A stretch of DNA of 64,000 bases, taken from NCBI RefSeq assembly GCF_009914755.1, contig NC_060926.1, one strand, 5' to 3'. Made by a program: the position numbers and the translations under genes. Within the stretch, counting starts at the first letter, position 1, and each line of letters starts with the position of its first letter. Of the stretch, positions 28,511 through 43,237 are shown piece after piece. Source of the stretch: the human T2T-CHM13v2.0 reference genome, Homo sapiens. Under the pieces are notes generated by a model that made no database searches, had not been told where the DNA came from, and was given only the letters and a program-made list of their open reading frames with translations.

Positions 28511-30712
28511 GGCAGCACCCCTCCTGCCCAGGCACTGCGCTGGAATGGGAACACAGAAGCGGCATTTCAGTGCCATCCCCATCTCATCCGTACTATGGGT
28601 TGGCATTTTCTGGGCTGTGACCTTGAATGTTTAACTTCCTATGTTTGCCTGCACTTCCGTGATGTCTTACTGCTTATGCTCAGTATTAATCCCTCCTCAG
28701 TTATAATCTGCCCAGTGGTTTCCCAAGCCTTGTTAAGAACTTTTGGAAACCTCACCTAGAAAAGACCCTGCCAAGTCTTCCCCAGATAGTCACCTGCCTC
28801 CCCAGTCACCTTGCAGTCCAAGAGCTGTACCTGGGAAGGGGGGCACTTTCTGAAGTTCTGGCTTCGGGGTGGAGCTCCGAGCACCCTCCTCCACAGCCCT
28901 GACAGCTGTTGGGCGGGTGGGGCCTTCCCTTCAGGTGGGCGTGTCCTCAAGCAGCTCGAGACCCCGGCCTTCTCTGTGCACCTGGAGCCCTGGGCAGCCA
29001 TTGACTCTCAAGTGCAAATACACCCCTTTTCCATGTTTCCAGCCTTTGCTAATTGCCACGGCTGGTTTATACCTGGAGCTCAGGTTTGACTTCCACATAA
29101 ATCCTGTGTACCTGTTCTCTCCCCACCTGCCAGTTCACCAGCAAGAGTAATCACAGGTTTGCAGTGTTAATCTGAGATTAAATTTCAGTGAGAAGTTGTC
29201 TAATCTAATTTTCTCATTTTACAGATGAGGAAATGGAGGGCTAAGAAAGGTTAGAAATTTAATCAAGTTCACAGAGTTAGCAGAGGTTTCTCTTATTTGA
29301 AAAAACTACTTGGAGAAATGCATCAAGTGTTCTAAAATGGCATCGGCTGAGGTGGATTTGTTTGTTCTTACGAGAGGTGGTATCCCCCGTAGGCAAGAGA
29401 AGAGGCAGAGTTAGTCTCATAAACATTCCGGCTTGGATATCAACCAGGTTCGCCATCCTAGGACAGAAAATGTCATGTCAATGATATTTTCAAAGAGGTT
29501 TGCTTCAGATCTTTCCAAGGACATGTTACTAAAATGGGCTTTTTGGAGAATAAGTCCCCTCGTCATGGATGTGGTCAGATGGGGATTAGAGGTCAGACTG
29601 CAAGATGGTGAGAGTGTGGGAGGGATTTGCATGTGGGCTATGGAAGAAACGGGGAAGGTCCCTGAAGTCCCATAAACCCCCACGTTCTATAAATCTCTAC
29701 AAGCCGGGACTCAAACCCAGATGATTTTTTTAATGTTTGTTTTTTAACTAGGACATGCTGCCTCTGCTCAGGCCCTTAGAGTCGTTACGGGTCACTGTGG
29801 CCATTCCTCTGCCTCTGCTCCCATCTGAAGCTGACCGAAGTCTATCATGTTGGGAAATATCCCCAGGGAATATGCGCTTTGGTTTTTCATGGTTGTGAGT
29901 TAGGAAGTCCTCCTAAACTTCCTCTTTGGGTCAGTTTTAATTCCTTCCTTCCTTCCTTATAGTCCATCTGTGAAAAATCACATTTATTAGTTAAATATTT
30001 ATCGAACACTCACCATGTAACTGTACTAAATTAAGGGGTTACTGAGATGAACAAGGCAGGGACTTAAAGGGGGTCACCTTTCCTGAGATTCCCTCTTTCT
30101 AGCATAGGTACCATGATCTACATTTTACAGATGAAGCGGCTGAAGTAGACAGAAGGCCATCACTTGTGTAAGGGTATAAGGTCACAGAGCTAGTAACTGG
30201 CTTAGCTCCTGGCTCTGAGATTTTGCTTTTAACCTTCGCACTGCTCTGCGTCTCAGTAAACCAAGGAATATGTCTGTTAGAAACTAGAACGATGTCTTAA
30301 TCACAGTTGTCTCTGGGTTATGAGAATTTGGGTGATTTTTATTTCCTTCTTTATGCATTTCTATGTAGCCCAAATTTTAGAATTTTGGAGCTGTCTGAGC
30401 CCCAGATCTCCATACTCAGTTGTCTGACCTGGCTGTCTTCCAGGTCCTGGTCAAGCTCAACCTGTCCAAAGTGGAATTCAAGTTTCTACCCCAAACTTGC
30501 TCCTCTCTGTTTCTTTGTTTGAGTAAATGCCCTCCTCTGTCACCTTTTCTCACCTCTTCTCAAGCCAGAGACCATGCATCCACTGTCTTCTTCCTCTCTT
30601 TCCATTTCCAATCAGTGTAGTAAGTTTTTCATAAAACTATGGGCATTCAATCAAAACCCCCACTCTTTATCATGAAATTGTGTTCGTCCTATGTCTTTGA
30701 TATCAAAATGCT

Positions 30713-31012
<300 letters not shown>

Positions 31013-31114
31013 TAGTAAGTTTTTCATAAAACTATAGGCATTCAATCAAAACCCCCACCCTTTATCATGAAATTGGGTTCATCCTATGTCTTTGATATCA
31101 AAGTGCTCCTTTTA

Positions 31115-31445
<331 letters not shown>

Positions 31446-31628
31446 TTAAATGAAATGTTGGAGATGGTAGATGGCAGATGTTGTCTGTTTGTGTGTATTT
31501 CATACAGTGAAGGGACACTGCTTGTTGCTACTGAAACTCAGCGCCCCTTTCCACCTCCAACAGGAGCTGTTTTGTTCAGGCGTCCACCCCACCCCCTGAT
31601 TCGGAGGGCAGGCCTGGTGAGGCTAAGC

Positions 31629-32128
31629 CAGCGGTCCTCAGACCGTGGCCATAAGACCCTTTCAGGGGGTCTGGGAGGTCAGAACTATTTTTATACTAAG
31701 CCATTATTTGCCTTTTTCACTTTCATTCTCTCACAAGTATACACTGAAGTTTTCCAGAGGCGAGCTGTCATGTGATATTGCAACAGATTGAATGCAGAGG
31801 CAGATAGGAGAGGCCAGCTGTCTTCTATTAAACTGGAAATAAAAGGGATTTGCAAAGATGTGGAACAATGCTACACTTCTCACTGAATTCTTAAAGGCCA
31901 TAGTTTCAAAAAAATAACAAATATGTTATTGATGTTAACATGTAATGCAGTTGTTATTGTTATTTTTAAATGAATTGATAAATAAATATCTTTTAAAATT
32001 CCCAGTATTAATTCCTAATATAACACATATCTATAGATGTAACTCACCCAAAAAAAAGCTCTCTGGAGTCCTCAATAATTTTTAGAGTTTTAAAATGGTT
32101 CCATGTCAGAAAAGTTTGAGAACTACTG
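31629..32128. mobile_element. hAT-Charlie non-autonomous element (Charlie4a-like)
   Basis: TIRs CAGCGGTCCTCA / TGAGAACTACTG; 8-bp TSD GGCTAAGC/GTTTAAGC; GACCCTTTCAGGGGGTC. Confidence 0.8.
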
Positions 32129-33232
32129 GTTTAAGCTGGTGACAGCTATTGTTCATGTAAGTGACCCAAATTAGCCCACTCAGATTAGATGGTGGAAGGA
32201 TTTATAGTCCATGCTTGGGGCAGAAGTTCCTCTGCTTTCTCTTGTTGAATGTGAAAGCTTTTAGTTTGCATTGCTCCTGGTAGCCTTTTGTAGCCAGGAG
32301 GGACCATACAGGGGCTGTGGATAGCAGTGTGGAGAGAGGGGAAGGTGACATTCTGGGGCCTAGAGAATGTCACTAGACTGCTAATGTGACATTGTATAGA
32401 GTCACTCTACCTTTGCTCTTCCAGTGACATGAGAAGATTTGTCTTCTTATTGTTGAATTCAGCTTGAGTTGGGGGCTCCATTGCTTGCCCCAGAAGCTCC
32501 CCTGAGTGAGCATTTGGAAAATGAGTTGGCATTCCCATGTAGGACTCAAACTTTGGGAGACATTTTACTGTTATCTGTAATCTGTGAGCCACCACATTAA
32601 ATGATCCTTGGAGGTTTCCAATCATGAGGAACCACCAAGAAGGAAGAAAGGGGCCGAGATGGAGACGCAGTAGAAGGAGTTAGGCTATGCAGACAGAGCG
32701 AAAAACTCTTAGAAAATAAGGATGCCATGGAATTAACAGGCCTGCTAAGTCCTCTGACAGCCACATCTCATTCCCTCCCATGTTTCCAGACCCCACTCCT
32801 CCACTTCTCTAGCTTCCTTCTTTGTAAACCAAAGTGTCAACATCTGTTTGGATGAGCAGACTCATGGTGACAGCTGGGAGAATTTGACCCACTGCTTGAC
32901 AAGTGGCAGATTAAACTTGAGGAGAGGCTCCTACACCAGAGATTCATGTCACCAAATTGAGAAGGAAGGGGGGCTGGGGTGGGCAGAGAGCCTGAGGCAT
33001 CTGGGGCCTCTTCCCAAGACCTTCCATTCCTTCTGACTGTGATTGTGCTTGTCTCTGTTTTGCCACTTTGTTCAGGACTTTCAAAGGATCTTGCATATAA
33101 ATTTGGGTGCAATGTGGGTGATGCCCATGGTAGAGAAATCACTTTGCACATCTTTTGAAAATAGCATCCTTCCCTTTTTAAGTAGTGCTCTTGCCTGTTA
33201 AGATAAGTATGGGGCAAAGGAACAATGACTGG

Positions 33233-33447
33233 TTCCCTCCCTCCCCCCCACCCCTTCCCTCCTTTCCTTCCTCCCTCCCTTTCTCTCTCTCTCTGTCTCT
33301 TTCCTTCTCTTTCTTTCTTTTCTTTCTTTTTCTTTCTTCTTTCTTTTCTTTCTCTCTCTCTCTTTCTCCCTTTCCTTCCCTTCCTTTTCTTTCCCTTCCC
33401 TTTCTTCTCTCTCTTTTCTTTTCTTTTTTTCTCTTTTCTTTTCTTTC
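33233..33447. repeat. Polypyrimidine/polypurine low-complexity tract
   Basis: ~215 bp almost exclusively C/T on the + strand. Confidence 0.95.
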
Positions 33448-34449
33448 TACAAGATAGTCTGTGTCCATGGCAGGGATGTCCTGGGAAACCTGAAGTGATT
33501 GTGTTGGGTTGAAAATCTCAAGAAGGTGGAAAACTTTTGTCTGATTTTTTTACTTTCTTCTTGGTGGGCAGCAAGATGGGGAGGAAACAGGAAGAGAGCT
33601 GGGAACTTGAGAGGACAACTTAGACTTTTCTCTGATAAATTGCAAGTAGGACATTCAAGGTCTCTCTTGTTAGAGACCAAAGTTGGATAGACGCTCCTTG
33701 AACTTTTCTTCTTCTTTTTTTTTTTTTTTTTGCTAAACAAAAACTGCTACAAAGATACAAAGCACACCAGACTTGGGATAAGCCCTGGGGAGACTTTATG
33801 TCCAGGTTAGGATAATCAGAAAGCGTTTAATTTACTCAGTTCTGGAATAAAACCAAGCCTATATTCAGCAATACTCAAAACCAGTTAAGGTCAGCAACTG
33901 AGATGCCCAGTTGTTTTTCAGTGTTTGCATCTATTTATATTTTACATTGTACTCTAAATCATGTACTTTAATTTCAAAAAACATATAATTGTCATACCTG
34001 ATTATTTCAAATCATGGTTCAAAATTTTGAAAAAGCATAAGGGAAGGTAAAGTATTTTCTAATCTTCATTATTTACTTCACTCTCAGCGGCCTTTAAAGC
34101 CAAAGTGTCTGTTAGTGAATTAGAATAAAACCACGGGGTAATTACTTTCTGGGCTACCAACGCAACATGAGTTGCTTTCCATTGTGAGAATGCTGAGAAG
34201 TTGCCACAAAATTAAACCAATTAGGATAATAAGGGGAGAAGGAGAAGATTAAATTTATTTCCGTCTGATTTAACTTATTAATTTCTCAGGGGAGAAGGCT
34301 TTCCCTGCCATTGACCTTTATGTTTTAACCCATAAGCCCCTTCTGTTCTCAAGATGTACTAGGGATTAATTCATAACCTGTCTGCCTGCTGGGTCTTTTT
34401 GGTTGACTCAAAAGCCTCTGACCTTAGGAAATAGGTTTGAGGAATTAGA

Positions 34450-34730
34450 GTCAGTGAACAAGTTAGTCAGTCAACACATTTGTTTTGAGCCCCTACTATT
34501 TACCAGGCATGTTCTATAGTCTAAGGATTCGGGGTGAACAAATCAGAGCTCCTGATATCCCAAAGCTTATGTTTTAATGGGGGAAAACAGATAATAAACA
34601 TATAAGCAAATAAACCAATAAAATAACTGGTAAGTGCCACAAAGAGGATATTATATGACAGGGAAATGTGATAGAAAGTCAATTCCCAGCAGGCAGGACA
34701 CAGTAAGGGCAAATGCCTTGGGGTGGGGGA
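34450..34730 (-). mobile_element. L2 fragment
   Basis: AGTCAACACATTTGTTTTGAGCCCCTACTATTTACCAGGCA...AAGCTTATGTTTTAATGGGGG. Confidence 0.7.
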
Positions 34731-35074
34731 TACATTTGTGTTTGAGAGAGAGACCAGCAGTCCTTCATGCCTGAGGGCTAAAGTGGGGCAGAATCTATAA
34801 TACTTCATCAAGGGCTATGTAGCCAAAACTTTCCACACTTTTTCTCCACCTGGTAAACAGGAGAAGCTTACTGTTAAGAAAAATGTCAAGCAGGGATTTG
34901 TTGAATCTCCTAGCTGGTTGTGCTGTTGGTTCTGGCCAGATAGTAAAGAAACTGGTGACTCCTCCTTCCTAGCACCATAGGGGATCTGGTTTTTTGATTA
35001 GGTTTAGGCCTTTGTTTAACAATAATTACATTGTTAAGGGTGATCAGCTCTTCTTGGGGGGTTCTTCCACTTCT

Positions 35075-35575
35075 TCTAGTTGCAGACAGTGGAATCCAGT
35101 CCAGCTAGTATAGGATGAAGGAGATGTATAAAGAGGTATAGATGTATCACGGACCAACTGGGAGGGCTGAAGAAAAAGAGTCTAGGCTAAGCTTCCAGGA
35201 TGACTCCCAAAACCACACTACAGGATTGGGCCCCTAAAGGAGTCACTGCCTCTGCCATGATCAGGAAGATGCCTGTTGAATCAGGAAGCCAGAGCCACAG
35301 CGGCTGCTCCATGTACCTGCCTGCACTCCGGTCAGCTCCAGTGAAATGGACATCCCACGTGGGTCCTCTCTTCCCTCATAGCTTGATTCCAAATCAGAGT
35401 CTTGAAGGAATGTATCTTGTTAATAGGTCTCAGATCACATCCAAAAGTTTAACTGGTTGGGCATCTTAGCAATGTAGTTTTTGGGTTTCTAGCCTCTGCA
35501 GTAGAGGAAAGCCTACTAGAACTGGAATGGGGTCTGAGCCAGGCAATCTGCAGAACCGGCCACTTCAACTAAGCC
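35075..35575 (-). mobile_element. Old MaLR LTR (MLT1L/M/N-like)
   Basis: TCTAGTTGCAGACAGTGGAATCC..CCAGCTAG...GATCACATCC...TTCTAGCCTCTGCAGTAGAGG. Confidence 0.5.
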
Positions 35576-36009
35576 AGGGTTTACACCACCTGCGTTCTGA
35601 CACTGGGGCTCATTCAGTGACTGCGGCAGTTTTTGCTTCTGTATGCCAAGATTGGGACAGCTGTACAACTACAAGCAGCTTTCTTTTTCAGATCCTGCAT
35701 TCAGGAGTGTGTGCCCCTAGGCAAGATTTGATTTAGGTAGGGCTGGTTTCACTGGACAGAGGTCATAGCTACTTGGAGAAAAAGCTAATCAAAAGAGATA
35801 CCATTTAGACTCTCAGTCCCAAGTGTGAGCAGACCATGGTAGTTTTTGCTCATTTTTACGGCTGCAGTGCTAACATAGAGCTTGACATATAGAAGGCATC
35901 CAATAAATATTTATTAAGTAAATAAATGAATGAATAAAAGAATAGGGTGAGGGGCTTTTTGACATTAAATATGAGGTAAGTTCATTTGAGCCTATGTTTG
36001 TTGAACAAA

Positions 36010-36200
36010 TACTAATAATGCTTGATGTGTGCCAGGCACTGTCCTAAGTGCTTCGCAAATATTAACTCATTTAATTCTCATAGTTTGTCTATGAGATATG
36101 TACTATTGTTTATCCCATTTAAAAACTGACATACAGAGGAGTCATGTTACTCGCCCAAAGTTACACAGATACGTGGTAGAGTTAGGAGTCTACTGGCCTG
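36010..36200 (-). mobile_element. MIR
   Basis: GTGTGCCAGGCACTGTCCTAAGTGCTT..ATTAACTCATTTAATTCTCA. Confidence 0.8.
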
Positions 36201-37879
36201 GGTTGCCTCCAGTATCTTCTGTTGTTACAGGACTTACCTATTACTGGTTCGGCACATGTGGAGGGGCCTGAGTGCCTGCGTGTGATATTATGAAAGTAAA
36301 TGGGTGCAACAATGTAGGTACGGTTTGCTAGTGTTGATACATTGCAATCCACCCGTCCTTATTCCCCCTTTATACTGCCTCCCAGTTTCTTCCAGTCTCC
36401 CGCAGGCTATGCCTGCTCATGTGTCTTTCCCCTTGTCCATTTCCCATTCCTGTGCTGGACTGGGTTTCAGTGCTATTTTTGCAGCCAAGCAGGTGAGGTG
36501 GGCCTCTCTGGTGCCCTGCTGAGCCGCCAGGAGGCTGCGCCTGCAGAATGAATCCCAATGCAGGGGTGGGGTTGCAAGCAGCATCCACAGTCCTCTTGTT
36601 TCAGTTCAGAATTGGAGACGTCTGACTGCCCTGGCTGCTGTGGCTTCTCAGAGCTCTGTGGTTTCTTCTGGAAACACTGGGGAGACCATAACAGCAGCAC
36701 CGAGCATCCCATCCCCACAGCCCACCAGGTCCAGTGGCTAACCTTCTTCTAGGCCACTTTATTTTGGGTCATGGTGCTGTCAAGGCTCTTCCGGTCCAGG
36801 AGAGCATGGTCTTTGCAAATGCTCTGCAGAGCTGGCCCTTCTCGCAGGAGTGGTGTGGATTATTTGCAAAAACAACAGAGACTCTGCTAGCATTCCCACA
36901 GATAACACAGGGCTGCAGAGGAAAACGTCCTCTTTGCCAGCACAGGCAACAGGGTGGGGGACGTAGGGGCAGAGAGGAAGGGTGTGCTGTTTCTTCAGAG
37001 TTCACCCCATCCATTCCCCACATCCAAATAGTTCAGCTTAAATAGTTCCCAAGCTTAAATGAACCTCTTGCGGTACCCTTCCTTTGCGAAAGCACCTGGC
37101 AGTGGGGCAGTCCTTCTGATATTTAACAGCTGGCCCTCCTGCTTCAGGACTACCCTTTGTGTTTTTCATGGATGTTCAGCACAATGTGCTTCAGATACAG
37201 AGGAAAAGCCAACCATACATGGATCTGCTGCCCCTGACAAAGGATTCCCACACTGGGAAGGGGTGCAGGCTTCCTGTGTACAGGTTTGGAAGAGCCCCTG
37301 TGACTTGATATCAGGCCCACTAGACTCAGGGCCCTTTGGCTCCTGATCTTCCCCTCTTTGAGTCACAAAACTACATACCCTGCTCAGTCCCTTTAAAGCG
37401 TACTTTTTCCCTTGGATTTTTTTTTTTTCTCTCTTTGGTGTTTATGTGAACTGGTTGAACCCATCACGTGGTGAGTCCATGTTTATAATTGCAGAAGCAC
37501 TGCCTGGGGAAGTTTTGTTTGTATAGAGGTCATCTCATCTCTTGGGCTTGGCTGCAGCCCCAGCTGGGGTTTCGGCAGCAGTAGCTGAACACACACCAGG
37601 GACTTCTTATTTCTCTCTCTGCCCTGGGTTCCAGGCTCCTGGTCCCAAAGGCTGGTGCTTCCTAGGGCAGGAAGAAGGGGCACACTCAGGAAAGAGCAGG
37701 ATCATCTTCCTTCCACCCCATGCTCAACCCAACCTAGAGTTTTTCCAGGATATGACTGTCTCCTTTCTTACAACCCGACTGCTTTCCATGGTCTGAAAGC
37801 TAGACTTAGATTGGTAGAGTAGATGGTAGGATTTAGGGATGTGCTGTTCTGTTGCTACTCTCCCTTTTACAGTCAATAT

Positions 37880-38110
37880 TCTAGGATGGCTGAGACCATG
37901 AGCTTTGGAGTCGGACAGAATTGGGTTGAAATCATGTCTTTGCCAACTACTAGCTGTGTGACCTTGGACAATACCTCTAAAACTCAGTTTCAACATCTTA
38001 AATGAGAATAATAGTATCTACACCTTCAGATGGTCAGCAGGATTAACTTAGGGCATGGGTATGAAATGTTTCTAATTATGATAATAACGATGGTGGTAAT
38101 CAATAATAAC
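37880..38110 (+). mobile_element. MIR
   Basis: GCTTTGGAGTCGGACAG..GGGTTGAAATC..ACTAGCTGTGTGACCTTGGACAA. Confidence 0.8.
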
Positions 38111-38173
38111 ACTAACTATGATAGCACTAAAAATGACAACTTCCCTCTATCCCTGTTTCCCTCCTCTATTAGA

Positions 38174-38385
38174 GCAGTGTTTCTCAACTTTTTAAAATTA
38201 TCACTCCCCTAAGGAGTCTTTTAAGTCATTGATTCCCTTATCATTTCCCCTTCTCCCCTATATACTCTATATCTGTTAATATAGTGTGACCTTTTAGAGA
38301 CTATGAATCATCACGATAGCTAAGATTTTTTTTTTATCCCCCAAGATCCAATTTCCCAACAATATGGCCCCTCTTGAGACGCATG
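38174..38385. mobile_element. MER96B-like hAT MITE
   Basis: CAGTGTTTCTCAACTTTTT..TTATCACTCCCCTAAGGAG...CCCCAAGATCCAATTT..TTGAGACGCATG. Confidence 0.65.
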
Positions 38386-38991
38386 TACTTGGAGGAGCTC
38401 TGCTATCTGGGGATCATGCAGGTTATTATCAAAGTCTTTTGGTTAGATGGAGTTAACAAGTAAACCCCAGAGCAGCCCTTTGGTGGGGATGACTGTCTAT
38501 AAAAGAGAGCCCCAAGGAAACCAAATGCTTGTCATACAGTAATGGATACCCATTGACCATAAGGGTGGGGCCAGAGCTTTTTCCCATTGTGGTACACGCT
38601 GCACCCTTTTCACTCCCGCTCCCATTTAACATTTGTCTTTGGGACAGCTACCACTGATAGGAGAATGAGAGGATCCACATTGACTCTTGCTTATGGGACT
38701 GGAGGCCATTCTTCTACTGGTACTTTTGAGACTGAGAGAGGCCAACACACCAATGCTCAACATAGCTGCACGGATAGGTCTACATGAGTCAGTAAAACAT
38801 AGGAATGATTTAGGGAACACAGACCTTTTTGTGTGGAAAGGAGAAGAGGATTCCTGAAGGAGAGTGGTATTTAGGACCCAGAGACTTAAAGAAGCAGGAA
38901 CTTCAGGGCGTGTGAATGATCTGAGTGCAAGTGGGTCAACTTAGGAGTGACGCAAGACTGCCTTGATAGCTATGGGTAGGTCAAGCCCCAC

Positions 38992-39066
38992 ACAGGGCCA
39001 GGGGAGCCTTCACACAGACTGTTATGTGAATGGCGCTTCCCTGAGTTGTGCAATATGGCAGCCCTG
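38992..39066. mobile_element. MER91-like hAT-Tip100 MITE fragment
   Basis: CAGGGCCA...GAGTTGTGCAATATGGCAGCCCTG termini. Confidence 0.55.
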
Positions 39067-39202
39067 CACAGATGATGTGTTCCTTGAGAAAGCCTAGGCC
39101 TTAGATGCCTTCCCTTGGGAGCTGAGAGAGAGAGTTTTTATTCACAGTTCACCAGAAGTTTGTCCAGACTAAATGATCATTCTTTTCAGTTTTCCCTAAT
39201 TC

Positions 39203-39509
<307 letters not shown>

Positions 39510-42500
39510 AGTTTTTCCTAATTCTTCAACAAGGAAATTTGCATATAACTGCAACTTGGTGTGTGAGTCTTGTGATGGCCAAGGAAAAGGAGGGGGAGGT
39601 GTTGTCTCATCTCCACTTCTCCTGAGTTCAAGTAGAGAAGGGATAATGACCTCTTGGAAGGAATACGGTTCCAAATACCTGGGGTGACCAGAGGGGAGCC
39701 CCCGGGTGAAACCTGTGGCAGAGTACCCTGAAAGGACATATGCAAGCAATAGCATTTGATCACGCCCTGCAAATACCTACTGAGGCCACACTCTCCTGAG
39801 GTGGGATGCAGAGTCTGGGAGAAACTCCATAGTTTCATTCCTTTTTGCTGAGGGCTTGCAATATGCCAGGCAGGCTATTAAAGGTTTAGATTTACATTCG
39901 TGGCCTTCAACAAAAGGTGATAAAGGTGATGATGATCCCTATTATTGAGCGTCTAGATTAAAAAATTTTTTCCAGGCTGGGTTGGCAATGTTATGTCCTG
40001 GTCCCTTCTAGTTCTGACATCCTATGTAATCTGCCTGATAGAATTTTCAGAGGTGCTCATTAGATTCTTCTTGGCAGAAAACTTTGCTCCTGAAGAAGAG
40101 AAACTCAATGTTAGAGAGAGGAAAAGGCAAAGAAAAGGAGGGTTGGGGCACAGAACACAAATGTTTACATTTTATAGCTCTGCCTAAAGCAGAATCTTTC
40201 TTAGCTTTTCTTCCAGTAACACTGTAAGCTTTTCAACTTTTCCACTCTGAATGTTTTGAGGTCTTTGCTCCTTCTCTATTTCTCAGCCATTCACCCTTCC
40301 TCTAAGACTTTCCCTAGAGTCCTCTGTGGTTGACTCCCTGCCCTGTGCATGCTTCTCTCCCTATTGCATGACCTCAGGCTGTACAATAGCATCAAGCATA
40401 GCCTTGATGAGAAATAATCCACACTCAAGGCGGGATGTTTGTGGGAGAGGGGAATGTCCCAGTGAGGCTTAGCAGGGGCTTACATGTGGAGTGAATATGA
40501 ACATGGAACAATGCAAAGAACCCTGGATCTGGATTCAGAATCCTGTGGCCACAGCTCTGGCTCTGGCCCTGACTTGCCATGTTACTTCTGGCAGGCCATC
40601 TGGGTGAACTGAACCTGGGTGTCTTCACTTGCAAAATGGGGTTTTCAAGATGACATTTTAGCTCCCTTTTCCAATTGTTGATATGTTATAGCTTTTAAAG
40701 AATTAATTGTAAGAATCATCAACTCCTTCTCCCCCTAGCATCCATGTCTCACTTCGTAATCTCATCTCCACTTAGGACTTGGAATCATGTATCTTTCCAA
40801 ATTGGGGCCTTAGTTGTCCTGTGAGCTAGAGATGACATTGGTTTTCCACTTTAATTTTGTCCAGAGACTTCGTTATAATGATTCTATCCTTCTTCACCCC
40901 TTCCCCATCACCTGTTCATTCCTAGTTAGGAAGATACTCCTCTATGGACAGTTGGGTGGGGAGCCTGAGAACTCAGATGCTGGAAGCTGAAGCAGCTAGG
41001 AAGGGCTCTCCAAAGAAGGTACAGGAAGGGCACCAGTTAGTAATGGCATCGGTTGATTCCTCAAATATAATTGCCATGAAAAAGTTTTCCATTTTCCTCC
41101 CAGCACTTCAGGCAAATGACCTCAAAGAGAAGAACCTCTTTTCCTTCCAATTATGACCACTAACTTTTGCCTTTCTGGTCCACTCACATCTTTATTCTTT
41201 CCTAACTTCTGTGGGCCATGACAAGACTGTGTCAAAGTGATTGGTGGGTTGCTCCTTGAAGACCCCATAGAGCTGGGTCTTTAGTCTTTTTAGACTCAGC
41301 TGAGTGCAGCTGATGTCTCTATGGGAGCTAGAGAGTGAGGAAGGGTGGATTCCTCTCCCTCTTGGTCTGAATGACTTCTTCCCTGCCCCATGGACCAGAG
41401 GAGGGGAGTTGAGTGGCAGGATGTGTTAACTCTCCACACTCAGGTTGGAAGCTTCTCTGCTCCACATAGACTTCTGCTCACACAAGGGTCTTTACTTCTC
41501 CAAAGGTCATTCCCTCAATAACGCAATACCTGCCCATCTAAGAACCACCTTTTCCTTGTTTAGCCAACATACTTCTGCTTTAGAGATTGTATTAAAGACC
41601 CATCCTGGCATTGCTTTTTAGAAAATAGGAAGGTAGACACTAAGTACTATCAGAAACAGGATCACAGGATCTACCAGTACTTGTTAAAAGTTCCATTTTA
41701 CTATGAACCCCCAATTCATTGTAAAGGAATATTTTTTAGGATCTCCTCAATGCCACTAATGAGCATGCCCAGCCTGGAGAAAGTGAAGAAGAAGGCTGTT
41801 TATGTTTAACTTGGGAGGCTGCTGTGGTTCTAGAAAATGGGAATGTGTGTCAATTTGCTTTATAGAGGAAAGCAGAAATTGAAGAAAGTGATCCATTAAG
41901 AATTATCAAATACTAAACCCTTTTGGTAAGAGGAACCATATTTGGTGCATCTCTTGGCATCTAGGAAGAACTGACCACAATTCACCCCGGACAGAAAGAT
42001 CTAAGGAACTCCTAATCCATGTTAGGGTACAATTATCTTTATAGTCAGCAAAATTTTCCTTCAGTTTTCATTGCTTTTCTCTTATTTCATTTGGATCATA
42101 AAGCAACCGAAAAGATTGTGCTTCCCATAGTGTATTTAGAAGTAGCCTTGGATGAGCTTCAATATGGTGACTTTGGTCTTTCCTTCTCTGCTGTGAATCA
42201 TGTTGGACACCTTCAACAATCAATCCTCCGAGGATTTTGGGATCATGGTAGATGGGAGGCAGGACTAGATTGCAGCTCTGGACAGAGCACCACGTGGAGG
42301 CTTGTATTGTGAATTTTAGCTTCAGATTGACTGCAAGAACAAACCAGCAGTCCTGAGAGGACCCACAGACCCTCTGAAGGAAGCAGACTGCTCCCACAGG
42401 ACCCAGGAGACACCCCAAATACTCTGGGAGGTGGAAAGCCTCGGGCAAGTTTTCAAGCCCAATCTCGCCCTCTGCCTGGAAACAGACTCAGGGCTATTGT

Positions 42501-43237
42501 GGGGGGCACGGTGAGAGTGAGACCAGCCCTTTGGTTTGCGTGGGAGCTGGGTGAGGCCTGTGACTGCTGGCTTTCCCCCACTTCCCTGACAACCTGCATG
42601 ACTCAGCAGAGGCAGCCATAATCCTCCTAGGTACACAACTCCAGTGACCTGGGAATTTCACCCCCATGTCCCATAGCAGCCACAGCAAGACCTACCCAAG
42701 GAGAGTCTGTGCTCAGACACGCCTGGCCCTGCCCCCACCTGATGGTCCTTCCCTACCCACCCTGGTAGTGGAAGACAAAGCGCATACAATATTGGGAGTT
42801 CTAGGGCCCCATCTGCCGCTGTTCCCTCTCCACACTACTACAGCTGATGCTTTCTGGAAAGCGCCACCTCCTGGCAGGAGGCCAACTAGCACAAAAATAC
42901 AGCATTAAACCACCAAAGCTAAGGACCCTCACGGAGTCTATTGCACCCTCCTGCCACCTCCACTGGAACAGGTGCTGGTATCTACACAGCTGAGAGACCC
43001 ATAGATGGTTCACATCACAGGGCTCTGTGCAGACAACCCCCAGTACCAGCCCAGAGTCAGGTAGATTTGCTGGGTGGCTAGACTCTGGAGAGAGACAATC
43101 ACGGCAGTTTGGCTCACAGGAAGCCACATCCACAGGGAAAGGGGGAGAGTACTACATAAAGGGAACATGCTGTGAGACAAAAAAATCTGAACAGTAGCCT
43201 TTATCTCTAGATGTTCCTTCTGACAGGACCTACCTAA

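Noticed and set aside
33178-33512. K/E/R-rich and F/S/L-rich ORFs
   Set aside because: Translations of the polypyrimidine tract.
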